From Macrostomum hystrix (lineage: Eukaryota > Animalia > Platyhelminthes): DNA of 64,000 bases. The stretch is from assembly GCA_950097015.1 (NCBI GenBank), contig CATNEN010000038.1:20026001-20090000 (forward strand), in the 5' to 3' direction. A program made the position numbers and the translations under genes. The notes beneath the pieces were generated by a model that saw only the letters and a program-made list of their open reading frames with translations, made no database searches and was not told where the DNA came from. Below, in pieces: positions 1-12,000 of the stretch; positions within the stretch are counted from its first letter, which is position 1; every line of letters starts with the position of its first letter.

Positions 1-300
1 GGAAGGCAATCTAACAGGGCGCTTTCCAGACTGGCGTAGAATGTTGCTTCAACAACTGAATCGTTCATTGCGCTGAGCTTCCGCTGCGTCAAAGTGAGAG
101 ATTTTTTAGTCTTTTTCGAAGCTGGTTTTAGATTTGTCGATTACTATTTTATAGTCATCAATCTGCAGATGCTCCACCCACCATCCTTTGACGTCAAAGA
201 GTTGGTCTCTGTGTTAAAATTAAATCTCTTTTTTAAATTGGTGGATTACTTGTCTGGGGTATTTGCGCGGATTTAATTTTCATGATTGTTTTTTATTTAA
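1..300 (-). mobile_element. Possible decayed LINE apurinic-endonuclease fragment
   Basis: Minus strand reads ..MNDSVVEATFYASLESALLDCLP, resembling the 'FY..L...L' helix of RTE/CR1 endonucleases. No long ORF. Confidence 0.3.
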
Positions 301-548
301 GCCTAAGCTTTGAATTCATTTTATCTGCTGAAACCGGCCTTAATCCTCCATTATATTTGGCGATTTGAGATTTTAGAATCCTTTTTGGGACAGGATTTTC
401 ATTTTTCATCGATAAAGGGACTTGTCTATAGAAGCCTGGGAGCCGAGGATTAACATCAAGGTATCTTTCAGCGTTCGACTAAGGATCTTCTTAATGATCG
501 GAGAAACTGTCTTAGCACGCTGTAATAATCTTTAATTGCGTCAGTGAT

Positions 549-880
549 GGGGTGGGTGACAGAGCGCATAACGCGTTTTCCTCTCACACCAAAGTCCTTG
601 AGTTCGATTCCATGGCGAGGCCACATTTATTTGGGGCGCAGCCGCGGAGAGAAGGCTTGGGGGCTTGTCGTGCACTTTACGCCCTTGAGGGCCAACCTCC
701 ATGGCACAGTGAGAGTGTACACTGCATGCTTGACGACGAGAAAGTCAGGGCTGATGTACACACCTGTTTGTGTGCCTATGTACAGTATCTGTGTGCGTGT
801 GTGCTCAGGAGTCAGCGAAATGGGCAGTATTGCCTTCTATTGTCACCAAATGATGTGCCATTGCCCGCAGCCCTCCTGAA
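549..880 (+). mobile_element. tRNA-derived SINE family A, full-length copy
   Basis: A-box-like GTGACAGAGCG and B box GTTCGATTCC; same ~340-bp sequence recurs at about nine sites in the window; ends in an AT-rich tail. Confidence 0.8.
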
Positions 881-984
881 AATATTTTATTTCTTAAAAT
901 TACTATAATATGTACTATTTCAATGAACTACAATATTTCAACTATAATATGCATGAGCTTTTTCAGCGATGTAATATTAGTTTG

Positions 985-1260
985 TTAATTATTAATTACA
1001 CCTGCCCCGATCGGGTTGTGAAGCGGATAGCGGCGTACGGCTGTTCAGTCCATGGACTGGGGGACGCCACACCCACCCTCAAACAACCCCAGCCGATGCT
1101 GGTACCCATTCAACAGCTGGGTGAGCTGAAGCAATGCGGGTTAAGAGTTGAAGAGCGTGTTAGCAGACAAAGGACACATATTGTTCCAGTGGAGTCGCCC
1201 AATCCCCGACCTTCAAGTCATGTGTCCGGCCCACTGACAACTAAGCTACTGACCACTAAA
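985..1260 (-). mobile_element. tRNA-derived SINE family B (CORE-like central domain)
   Basis: Shares CACCCAGCTGT..ATGGGTACC, GGGTGGGTGTGGCGTCC and CAGTCCATGGACTG with the copies at 11431-11670 and 63846-64000; ATT-rich tail. Confidence 0.75.
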
Positions 1261-1758
1261 TTAACATTTCTGACGAGGTATTTTTTGGTGGCTGCAAGTC
1301 CAACCATATCAATTTATGATATTCTTAAGAAAACATCCATTGTTTTAGGAAGAAAATATTATTATACTGAATTTATTTTACAGTGTTCCATGACAGTAGC
1401 GGACTAAATTACAAAAGCTTCCGTTGTATCCAAGATTTTGGATTGAATATCATGGGCTGTAGAGAAATTCAAAAAAATAATCGACTGCTTTTATTTCCAA
1501 CGAAACTGAGATTCTTGATTCAGTTCTCTTTGTAATATCATAACTCAGTTTTGATTCGTTTTTTTATTTTCTTTTTTTTTAATTCGATTCTTGATACAAA
1601 AATGCTTCAAATAAGCTTCTTCAAAATCAATATTTAATGTGCTTCAACATTGACCTGAAGGAAATCAACGAAATTTCTCTGCATCTAACTACTTAAATTA
1701 ATTATCGAATGGAAAGAAGAGGTGGTGCTATTTTAAAGAGAAATCATTCAATCCTTGA

Positions 1759-2115
1759 GGCCGGATGGCTCAGTCAGTAAGGTGTCGGACTCTGGATCAG
1801 ATGGTCCTGGGTTCGACTCCCAGACCTTAGTCTAGAACTATTCGTGCAGCCTTTGGCAAGCTGCTTTGCCCTGATGTGCACACAGTCTACTCAGCTGCAA
1901 ATGAGTACCGAAATTTCTTTGGATAATAATAATTCCGGCTGGCGTGGAATAAAGTAGTTCTGTGCGGCAATTCTGTGGGGTTTGGATGCTGCCGATATGT
2001 TTGGAAAAATAAATTCCATTGCTGACACGCGGCTGTCTCGCGGTGTCCGAGCCTGACGGCCCTGACGATATCCGTCAGGGCCGTGCAATTGCAAACCCAA
2101 AGCACAAAGCACACT
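1759..2115 (+). mobile_element. tRNA(Gln-like)-headed SINE family C, CORE-like
   Basis: A box TGGCTCAGTCAG, anticodon-like loop CTG, perfect T arm CTGGG-TTCGACT-CCCAG, but no acceptor pairing. Followed by CCTTTGGCAAG...CTCAGCTGCAAATGAGTACC and a 3' hairpin. Confidence 0.7.
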
Positions 2116-2642
2116 GAAAGAAACTTTTTCTTTCTTTATGGCTTTATGTTGAGAGATGAAGTGGCCTGAAATTTTGTTGATGCAATGTCAGATTTGCGTC
2201 ATCAAGATCAGCTTTTCATTATTAAAATTTTCTGCATTGAAATTGAAGATTATTATTAGTTATTTATGAGTGCTAAAAGTACCTATAGTTAAGAGTGGCG
2301 TGGAGATTAAGATATGAAAAAAGTATTATACATTTCAGATCAGCATTTTTTGCAGCAGTTTAACTACGACATTAAGAAGTATTTTTTTTAAGATATCAAA
2401 ATTATATTCTACAAGCTGCAGAGTGCAAGCTTGCATGACGAGTTGCTAGAAAAAAAAATATTCTATTTAATTGTGCGTTAACTGTGAGATATGCAGAGAG
2501 TGTGCGAACTTAATTGTGCTTACAGAAACAGCATCCTATACTAAAACTGGTTAGAGTTTATTTGTGTTTATTTGACAGTTCAAATTGTTGGTGCTCTCAT
2601 CAAAGCTCCTTATCTGCAAGGCCCTGGTCGCCTCGAGCTGTT

Positions 2643-3897
2643 TCAGCGAGTCGGCACGCTGGTGTCCTGCAGATTGGCTAACGAAATCGGTGGATGCGAA
2701 TTCGGCTCATGATTCCTGAAGCAGTCTGGCATCAGCATAGTCGAGACGCACTGGCTGAACGCCTGGCTTCGCGCCATCAGTACAAAAAATGAAGTGCACT
2801 GATTAATCAGACTGATAACCAGGCTCATGAAGAACAGATTAGCAATCACTGTAATGTCGTCAAGGTGCACCGACAGATCAAGCACATACTCCGACACTTC
2901 AAGAAATAAGCGAAAGAATAGCAGCGGAGTGTGAAGAACTAGGTAGATAATAGCCATGATGAGGACAATCACGGTGCCAAGGTATTCCTTGGAGTTCAAC
3001 TCCTGATTGGTTGAGTTCGATAGTCTTCTGCGCTCTCTGACGGCTGCCACAACCCGACACATCAAGAAGCAGTCGAGAACCAGCATTAGGACGATGCCAA
3101 CCAGTGGCGGATTGGACATTGTGGCCGTAAATAGGAGCATGAACAGCTTGTGCTTTGGCAGGTGGGCGCACAGGATCACAGTCACTGGGTAGTTTTCGGC
3201 TACGACATTGTGACCTACTAGGATGCCGTTGGGCAGAGCGATCACTGCAGCCAGCAAGAAGGAGCCAATCAGAGCCCGAGTTGCCAAACGTTTGTCAGCC
3301 TTGTTCATAGCCAGAGGTCGGTAGACAGCCAGCACGCGATCAGCTACTAGTACGAGCATCCAACTGCATGATAAGACCTGGCAAAAGTTGAGCGCATAGC
3401 GAGACACTTTGCACATTGCGTCGCTCAGGTTGGAAGCGATAAAGGCAGATTTGCCCCTGGTCAGCCAAGGCAGACCCTTATTCAGAAATCCGTTGAAGAC
3501 GCCAATGACGATTAAATTTAATATGTCAGCGATGGCTATGCAGCCCAGATAAAGATTCTGGCGAGTGAGTGGTCTCAAGCGAGTTAGCATGATGTGAACC
3601 AAAATCGTGTTGCCAAGGAGACCGACGACAATGACAATGGGCAGTAGGATGCCGGCCATGGAGCCGACAACATGCGAAAGGGCGCAGTACAGACTCCTGG
3701 CCGGGTCTCCACTCTGGCAGTCTCTCACCATCTGCTGAGCGCTCTCAACGTACACCACAATGCGATTAGCTGGGATAGTATTGTTCATATCGGAGCTCAA
3801 TTTTAGGCCCTAAAATAGCAAACAAAGAGACGCAGGGTTTTAAGTATAAAAGACTGCTGACAATAAAATAAAGTATAGTGATTGGAACTACCTGCAT
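2643..3897 (-). CDS. Orphan rhodopsin-like (class A) GPCR, divergent peptide-receptor-like type
   Basis: 385-aa ORF with seven hydrophobic segments: TM1 GLLGN, TM2 IAIADILNL, TM3 C...ADRVLAVYRP (DRY variant), TM7 INQCTSFFVL (NPxxY degenerate). Likely exons are 3897-3892 (ATG CAG|gtag) and 3809-2643 (tttag|GGC), in frame. Alternative start is the ATG at 3789. Confidence 0.85.
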
Positions 3898-4995
3898 AAA
3901 CTCACAGGATTCCGAGCTGAAAACTTAAATACCTAATGATTCTCGCTTCCTTGGTTGATGTAAAATACCTCGCTATCCAATGAGATCAGGAAAAAAACTT
4001 TGCTACAAATCTATCAGTGTTTCTGCATCCCCGATACATGATTTGCTTGCTGCAGTGTCCACATCCTGACCAATTGTAGCTTGTATCTCAGGATACAAAA
4101 ATCCAAATTAGATAAACACCTTTAGAGATAAACGAGAACTTTCATGTCACAAACGTAATACGTGTTGCATCATCATATTGCAGGACCAACGAAGACTCAA
4201 CTAACAAGGACAGTGCCATCAGAGCTAAAGTAGTAGAAACTAATTGATTTTAGGATTACATGATTGGGATTGGGATGCCTCATCAACGAACCCGAAAACC
4301 CGCTTAGCCCCATTTTTATTCAGTCAAGTGTTACGATCCTGTGACCTTCAACTGGTTTTTTAGTTTTGATAATCACGACCTTTTGTATTTGTGTTTTCAA
4401 TATTTTTTCTAACTTCCGATAGTATTTTTCAGAATTATTTCGCTAGTTTTGTTTTTGTTGAGCGATACCATCAATTATAAAACCGCAATCCCTCAAGGTC
4501 ACGTCGGAGGATTTTTCCATCACTAATCACGCGCGTGACCCGTTGATTTGGCACTATTTTAATCTCGGATATTTTCGGGTCTAAAATGAATCATCGGCAG
4601 TGGACTCGCAATGCGGAGGTATTCTCTCTCTCTCCAATTTTTTCTTAGTCTCAGAAGCAAAGTTTCTCATAATCTCAGCTCTCGTGCATCGCTCAATCCC
4701 CTTAATTAAAAAAGCAACCTTTCGAGTTGTCAATTAATCCCTGCGCATGTAATTCGTTATGATTGTAGATCCAATAATTACTTTTAGGTGCCTTGATTGA
4801 CCGGATTTCGTATCTTTGCATTAGCGTAGGATATAAAAAATAATTTAATAATTCCTTAATTGAGTAGCTCAGTGTCGATAGTTTGAGCTGAAGTAAATTG
4901 CGTAATCCTCCTTTATAAAGTCAATCTTCATTGTATCTTCAGCAATCTTCAGCTGGCTAAATGGGCTTAGGGGAACCTGGCAACCAAAAAAACTA

Positions 4996-5312
4996 ATCGC
5001 AGGAGGGTTGCTGGCAATGGCTCATCATTTGGTGACAGTTGCCCCGCAGCGAATAGCCAGGAGGTGATTCGGCGCATTCAGCACATGGATACCGCGATCG
5101 TACAGGCAGACATAACACATCGATCGTCAGGCAGTGTAAAATTTCACTAGGTTAGCCCCTTAAGAGTGTAAATTGCACGACAATACAAGCCACCCACCCG
5201 TGGCTTGTGGCTATAAATTCTCTAGATCTCCGTGGCTGCGCGCCTGAATAAATTTGGCCTCGCCGTGGAATCGAGCTCAGGGACCTTGGTGCGGGAGGCA
5301 AACGCAATTGAC
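4996..5312 (-). mobile_element. SINE family A, degenerate copy
   Basis: Reverse complement of the family A head (GGCCTCGCCGTGGAATCGAGCTCAGGGACCTTGGTGCG) and tail (CATCATTTGGTGACA). Confidence 0.7.
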
Positions 5313-6094
5313 CGCTAGTACACTTTACGTGAAAATCAACCTTTAATAAATTTATACCAAGAAACGATGTGTCCCGTCCTTCTTCTGAGTGGTCCCTGGT
5401 CTCATCCCAAGCCAGAATAGGAATCGTCTTCGTAATATAAAACAGAACTCCATATGCAAAAGACATTCCTTCTAGCACTGACCAGGACACCCAGTAGATG
5501 CCCAGCATAGAGCCCATCTGGCGGCCATAGTTCTCTCTCTTTCTGGACTAAAGTTGTTTGGTTTAAGTTTTTGTTTTTGTTTTTTTTGGTTAAGTTATGG
5601 TGTAGAACCGGAAAGGGTGGTGGCAGAACTACTCTGAGTAGTCCCTACCGAAAACCTTTAAATTAGATCCAAGCCTTGGTCTAAGGTCTAAGGTCTAAGG
5701 TTCGCCAAAATCTTTCGCCAAAATTCGCCAAAAGTAGTCTTTTAAACTAAAAGCCACTATAATGGTAGACCCAAATAGGTGATTTGGTGCCGCGTTTTTT
5801 TAAGTTACTTGTTGTTAATAAACTCGAAGGAAAGATTTAGTTTCATCGAATAAATATTTGAAAAATATTTTTTTCTTTACAATCACGAGCTTTATTATAA
5901 AATTGTTTTAACACGTTTTTAATTAATATACTTTTAAAATAGTTTTTATTTCTTAGAAACTTTTCTGGTTTCTTTACTAAGGATGCTCGAAAGGTGAAGG
6001 TAAAGGTTGGTCTTTAGCATATTTCACACCGTCTATTTAAAAAAAGAAAGTTTTTTAGGAATCTGGCTTAAAGTGCAGATTCACGAACTCCGAA

Positions 6095-9000
6095 ATGTTT
6101 GGAAGTACAGACGATGATGATTTCGGCACAACAACAGGCGGGTAAGAAAAAAAAATATTTTTGATGTGATCCCATATCTTTCTGTTCCTTTTCATTTTAT
6201 TATGTTGTAATGCAATGTCGTTTCATAGTATAACCGACATAAAAATATAAGATGTTCTAAATAGTTAGTGCGGATGTCTGTTGCGTTGCTTGGCAAGCCA
6301 GGTGGACATGTAGTGGGCTAATAGCTAGCTTGTAGCTAGACCTAACTTACGTCTAATTAAATAGTTGCCGTTTTTTCAAATACTCAACTGGTTTTTTGTT
6401 TGCAGAAACCGTTGCTGATCTAGAATTCCATTTGAATGTTGTTTAGTAGTTTCTAAAAGCCCTTTTGCCAGCTAGTATTTAGAAACATTGCTTAGCAAGT
6501 ACTGTACTGTAACTGTAAGATGATAAATTATCATTAAGTTAAGTATAGGCTAATTTTAATATTTTAGTTACAATTTTAAACAAGTAGCTAGTTATATATT
6601 GCTGAGCAAGCAAAAAATAGTTTCATAACATCGCAATTTTAGTCTTTACATTGTGTAAATTCTATGGCTAAGACAAAAAACTATTTTTAACTAGGTCATC
6701 CAAGCTGGCCTCCTTATTTGGTGCCAGAGATAGTCAGAGTAAAAATCAGTCACTGAGTTATTCTGCACCTAAGCAGCCAAAGCCTCCAGCACCCCGTGAG
6801 TTTCTGAAGTTTAATAACTCTGCATGTAAAGTAAACAAAATACGAGTATCACAAAGTTGCACATTGATAATACCATAAAATGAATTTATATTTTAGCCTC
6901 AAACCAGCCTCAACTGCTTTTTCCAACTACTGTGACAGCATATAAAATGTGAGACAATTTAACTTCCTTGTCTGAAATGTTTTTGTAAAATTCTATAAAG
7001 TTATGATAATAAATAAGATAAAAACTTAGCAATTACAGTTCTGTGTTCTTGTTCAGTCTTGTTTTTAATTATAGCTTTGAAAATAAAGTTTTAGCTTATA
7101 ATTCGAATCCAAATTCTAATTGGTATTTAGAAAACTATATTTATTCAGTCTTTGTTTCAATGAATTATTAGATGCTGTGTATCTAGCTGTAGTTTAGCAT
7201 AGAAAAGTTGTTTTATAGTTAGAAGTAAGATGTTTTAAGTACTCAAAAGTACATAAGTACTCATGTGCTCAAAGTACTCAAGTACTCAAAGTACTCAGAT
7301 CATACATAATAAATTAAATTATTATGAACATATAAAACATAGATTTTCCTACTTTCACTGACTACATTCAGTCTCAATGGCGAGTACCTATCGCAGGGCA
7401 GGTTAAACACTGCCCTAGTAGCCAATGTGGCCAAGTCTGATTATCGCATCATCATCTATCAGGGCTCTGAGAAACAGATCGCCCAGGCTGCAGTTCACGA
7501 GGCTAGTCAGATTTCGGTAAATAAAAGCGATTGAATTTCATTTCTATCCAATCAAAATGTATCAATTTTTATTTAGCTAAAAACTCCATTTCATTTGCAG
7601 CTGAGTCGATCTCAGTATCTGAGCGTGTTAGACTCGCAGAATCAGTATTGGTCTCTGCTATTCGATTCAGCGGCCAGAGCCCACGCATTCCTGCGTCAAT
7701 TGGCTGTGCTCATGCACCTGCAGTCTGGGTCTAATCAGCGGCTAATTAAATTCGACTTAAGCGATGGCGACGGACCCGAGCTGAGCGGCGAGGATCACGC
7801 AGAGGTGACATTCTGCACCTCCCTATCTTTCTACCCCCCTGTACCAACCTCTCCAAATCTTTCTACCCTGTCTCTGCACGTCACTCTTTCTACCCCTCTG
7901 TCTCTGCCCTATCCCTATCATTCTACTCCTCTGTCTCTGCCTCATCCCTATCTTTCTACCCCTCTGTCTCTGCCTCATCCCTATCTTTCTACCCCTCTGT
8001 CTCTGCCTCATCCCTATCTTTCTACCCTCCTGTACCAACCTCTCCAAATCTTTCTCCCCTGTCTCTGCACGTCGCTCTTTCTACCCATCTGTCTCTACCC
8101 TATCCCTATCTTTCTACCCCTCTGTCTCGGCCTCATCCCTATCTTTCTACCCCTCTGTCTCTGCCTCATCCCTATCTTTCTACCCTCCTGTACCAACCTC
8201 TCCAAATCTTTCTCCCCTGTCTCTGCACGTCGCTCTTTCTACCCATCTGTCTCTACCCTATCCCTATCTTTCTACCCCTCTGTCTCAGCCTCATCCCTAT
8301 CTTTCTACCCCTCTCTCTCTGCCTCCTCCCTATCTTTCTACCCCTCTCTCTGCCTCATCCCTATCTTTCTACCCCTGCTACATTCTCTTCCGCATCTATC
8401 TCCCACTCCAGATTCGGTTCTCCCTGTGGCTACTGGCCCCCGATGGACTTCGCTGCGGAGCCGATGAGTCCTCGGCCGCAGAATTCTCCACGGAATCGCC
8501 GTTTCGCATTCGTCTGGGTCGGCCCGGCGGCTCTGGACGAGGCGCTGGCGCGACGCCTTCGGTGCCAACAGGAGGCGGCTTTGATCAAGGCCTGCCGGGC
8601 ATGCGCAAAGGCGGCACTCGCCTGCTGGTCCTACCGCCCAGTCTAGCCTACGGAGCTGCTGGCAGTCAGGCTAGTCCGCATGTGCCTCCTAATGCCATCG
8701 TTGTCTGCTCTGTTGAACTCATCCGCTTTAAACAGCAGCAGCAGCAGCAGCAGCCTCCACCGCCGCCGCCGCCGCTGCAGCAGACAGCTAACGAGGCCAA
8801 TGAAAAGCTGCGCAGTGCTTCGGGCGATTCAACGCCTGGAGGCGACGCGTCGGAGAAGGCTAGACTGCTAAGCCGGATGGCTAAGATGGGACAGGTGATT
8901 GACAGGTGTACAATTATTTAAACCTAAGACTGATGCATTTTTAACGAGAATGGTAAGATTCGAGCGAGACTAGTTAATTTCGACAGGGTCGCAGTTTTAA

Positions 9001-12000
9001 AATATAGATTGGTAGATTTTTAATAAAAATAACTGTAGAAAAGCTGTGGACACTCGCACATCATTTAGTGACACTAGACCCCTAGCCAGTAAGGAGTAAG
9101 TTCTACTCATTCCGCTGACTCCTGAGCACACACGCACACAGATACTGTACTCAAGCACACACTCACAGGTGTGTACATCTGCCCTGACTTTCTCATCGTC
9201 ATCCAGTGTACACTCTCACTGTGCCACGAGTCTCCAAGCCTTCTCTCCGCGGCTGCATCCAAAATAAAATGTGACGAAATCGAGCTCAGGGACCGTGGTG
9301 CGAGAGACAGACGCGTTAGACCGCTCTGCCACTGTACCCTCTCCTCTATTCATAGAATTCATGAATACTATTCATACTATTTATAGATGCATAATTTATA
9401 GATTCAATTAGATGTTAGAATTTTATTTTGAGAGATTTATAACGTTAGGTCGGTAGATTTTAACCTATAGCTAAAAAACTCAAAAAAAATTTCCGAGTGT
9501 GCAACATTTTGGCCGAGATACCTGTCAAACTGCTAGTCACCAAGCCGCCCCTTAATTCAACCCCGTCAGGCGGTTATGCCTTCAGCTTCGGCCGCTTCAG
9601 CGTCATCGTCTCCGTCTGCCGCCAGGCATCGCCAGTCGGAGAGCGGCGTCTCCGCTGTTGAAGACGAAGACGACGACGAAGAAGACGAAGAGCCAGTTGA
9701 AAGATCAAAGAAGCCGCCAACTAAGCCAAAGAAGAGGAATCAGCAGCAGCAGCAGCAGCAGCAGCAACCGCAGCCTCCTCAGCATCCGTATGCTCAGCAT
9801 CCTTTTCTGCATCCTGCTTTTAATCCACAGGTAAGCTACGTTTAATTCTGCTACGATTTATACGAGTACAAGGAAGCTTAAAGCACAGTGATAGGAGCTA
9901 GATAAAGCATAGAATTCTGACCGAATGGTTGTTAGTTCGGCTTTAGCTGTGGCAGAAGAAATTAGATGGATTTATCAACTGACTGAAAATTTGTACACAG
10001 CATCGAAGCGCTGTTCAATAGCTGGCTGTACATCTGGCCCAAATAGGGTTAGGTGTCATTTCCATATCTATAAATAGCTGGCTGTACATCTGAACGAAAT
10101 GGGGTTAGGTGTCATTTCCATTTCTATAAATAGCTGGCTGTACATCTGACCCAAATGAGGTTAGGTGTCATTTCCATTTCTATAAATTATAGCTGGCTGT
10201 ACATCTGACCCAAATGGGGTTAGGTGTCATTTCCATTTCTATAAATTATAGCTGGCTGTACATCTGACCCAAATGGGGTTAGGTGTCATTTCCATTTCTA
10301 TAAATTATAGCTGGCTGTACATCTGACCCAAATGGGGTTAGGTGTCATTTCCATTTCTATAAATTATAGCTGGCTGTACATCTGACCCAAATGGGGTTAG
10401 GTGTCATTTCCATTTCTATAAATTATAGCTGGCTGTACATCTGACCCAAATGGGGTTAGGTGTCATTTCCATTTCTATAAATAGCTGGCTGTACATCTGA
10501 CCCAAATGAGGTTAGGTGTCATTTCCATTTCTATAAATAGCTGGCTGTACATCTGACCCAAATGGGGTTAGGTGTCATTTCCATTTCTATCAAAAGCTGG
10601 CTTTACATCTGACCCAATTACAGCAGGTTTAATCAATTGTTATCAATTAATATTAATATCAGTGTATAACAATCCTATTAAGAAAAATATATAGATTTTA
10701 GCTATGTCCATAGACACCTTCAATTTATTTTCAGGCCTTCCCGCCTGCCTACCCCGGCGGCACCATCATCGACCCGATGATGCTAGCTGGCTACGGTATG
10801 CCGGGGCAGCCCTACCCCAATCAGCAGACGGTGTCGGGAATGCAGTCGGCCGCCGTACTGCCATACGCTCCGCCACCGCTAACGGCTCACTTTCTTCAAC
10901 AACAGCAGCAACAGCAGCAACAGCAGCAGCAGCAGCAGCAGCAACAATCATCTAACGATGCCAACAGTTCAGGCGTCACTTCAATGCTAGTTAGCGAGAC
11001 TAGGCAGCATAATACGGAGATGCGCCTGTCTGTAGCCAGAGTCCAGGACCAATTGGACCGCCTAACTGAGCGAGTTCAAGCCATCGCTGAGGCTGAACGC
11101 GATCGTCACCAGCTGCAGGTTCAGGCACCGACCCTGGAGGCGTCGGTACTGTTTGCCAGCATTAGTCGATTGGTTCGAGACAGCGAAACTCTCAGACAGG
11201 AGGTGACAGAGAAGAGTGACAAAATACAGGAGCTTAACGATAAGGTCTGCGGCGGTTGTTTATGTCTATGGCTTAAATATGATTTTATCTGTAGGCATGG
11301 ATGGTCTGTTTATGTATGTAGATTGTGTTAGATGTTCTCTTGTGTCTGTAGATAATCTGTTTTTATTTAAATCTGTTTGCTTTCGCTTTGGATGTGATTT
11401 TTTTAATGTACCGTTGTTTATTTAGTATCTAGGAGGCGAGGGGTTATAGGCTAGAGCGTCTTAAAGGTCGAGGGTTCGATTCACGATTCTACTCTTCACC
11501 CAGCTGTCAAATGGGTACCAGGATTAGCTGCGGGTAATTTAGGGTGGGTGTGGCGTCCTCCCAGTCCATGGACTGAACAAACCGTACGCGGTCTTCAGAT
11601 GCGCCGCGCAATTGCTGCGGCTGTGCTGTTGGCTGCACATCAGGTGGGATGGTGTAATCAATTATTATTTATTTATTTTATTATTTTGATGGGTGAGTGG
11701 CAGAGCAGTCTAACGCGTTTTCCTCTCGCACCAAGGTCCCCTGAGCTCGATTCCGCGGCGAGGCCACATTCATTTAGGGCGCAGCCGCGGAGAAAAGGCT
11801 TGGAGGCTTGTCGTGCAATTTACGCCCTTGAGGGCCAACCTCCGAGGCACAGTGAGAGTGTACACTGCCAGACGACGAGAAAGTCAGGGCAGATGTACAC
11901 GCTTGTGTGAGCGAGTGCCTGCGTACAGTATCTGTGTGCGTGTGTGCTCAGGAGTCAGCAAAATCGTCAGTATTGCCTCGCTGGCTGCGGGTCTGGTGTC

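Noticed and set aside
544-1407. Short ORFs recurring at 544, 552, 910, 11548, 47555, 51935 and 53994
   Set aside because: They are translations of SINE copies with inconsistent frames, not a gene family.
1759-1830. tRNA-Gln(CTG) gene
   Set aside because: Acceptor stem does not pair, the anticodon stem is mismatched, and the sequence continues into a SINE body.
10019-10618. Interstitial telomeric sequence (GGGTTAGG)
   Set aside because: Only one partial motif per monomer; no (TTAGGG)n run.
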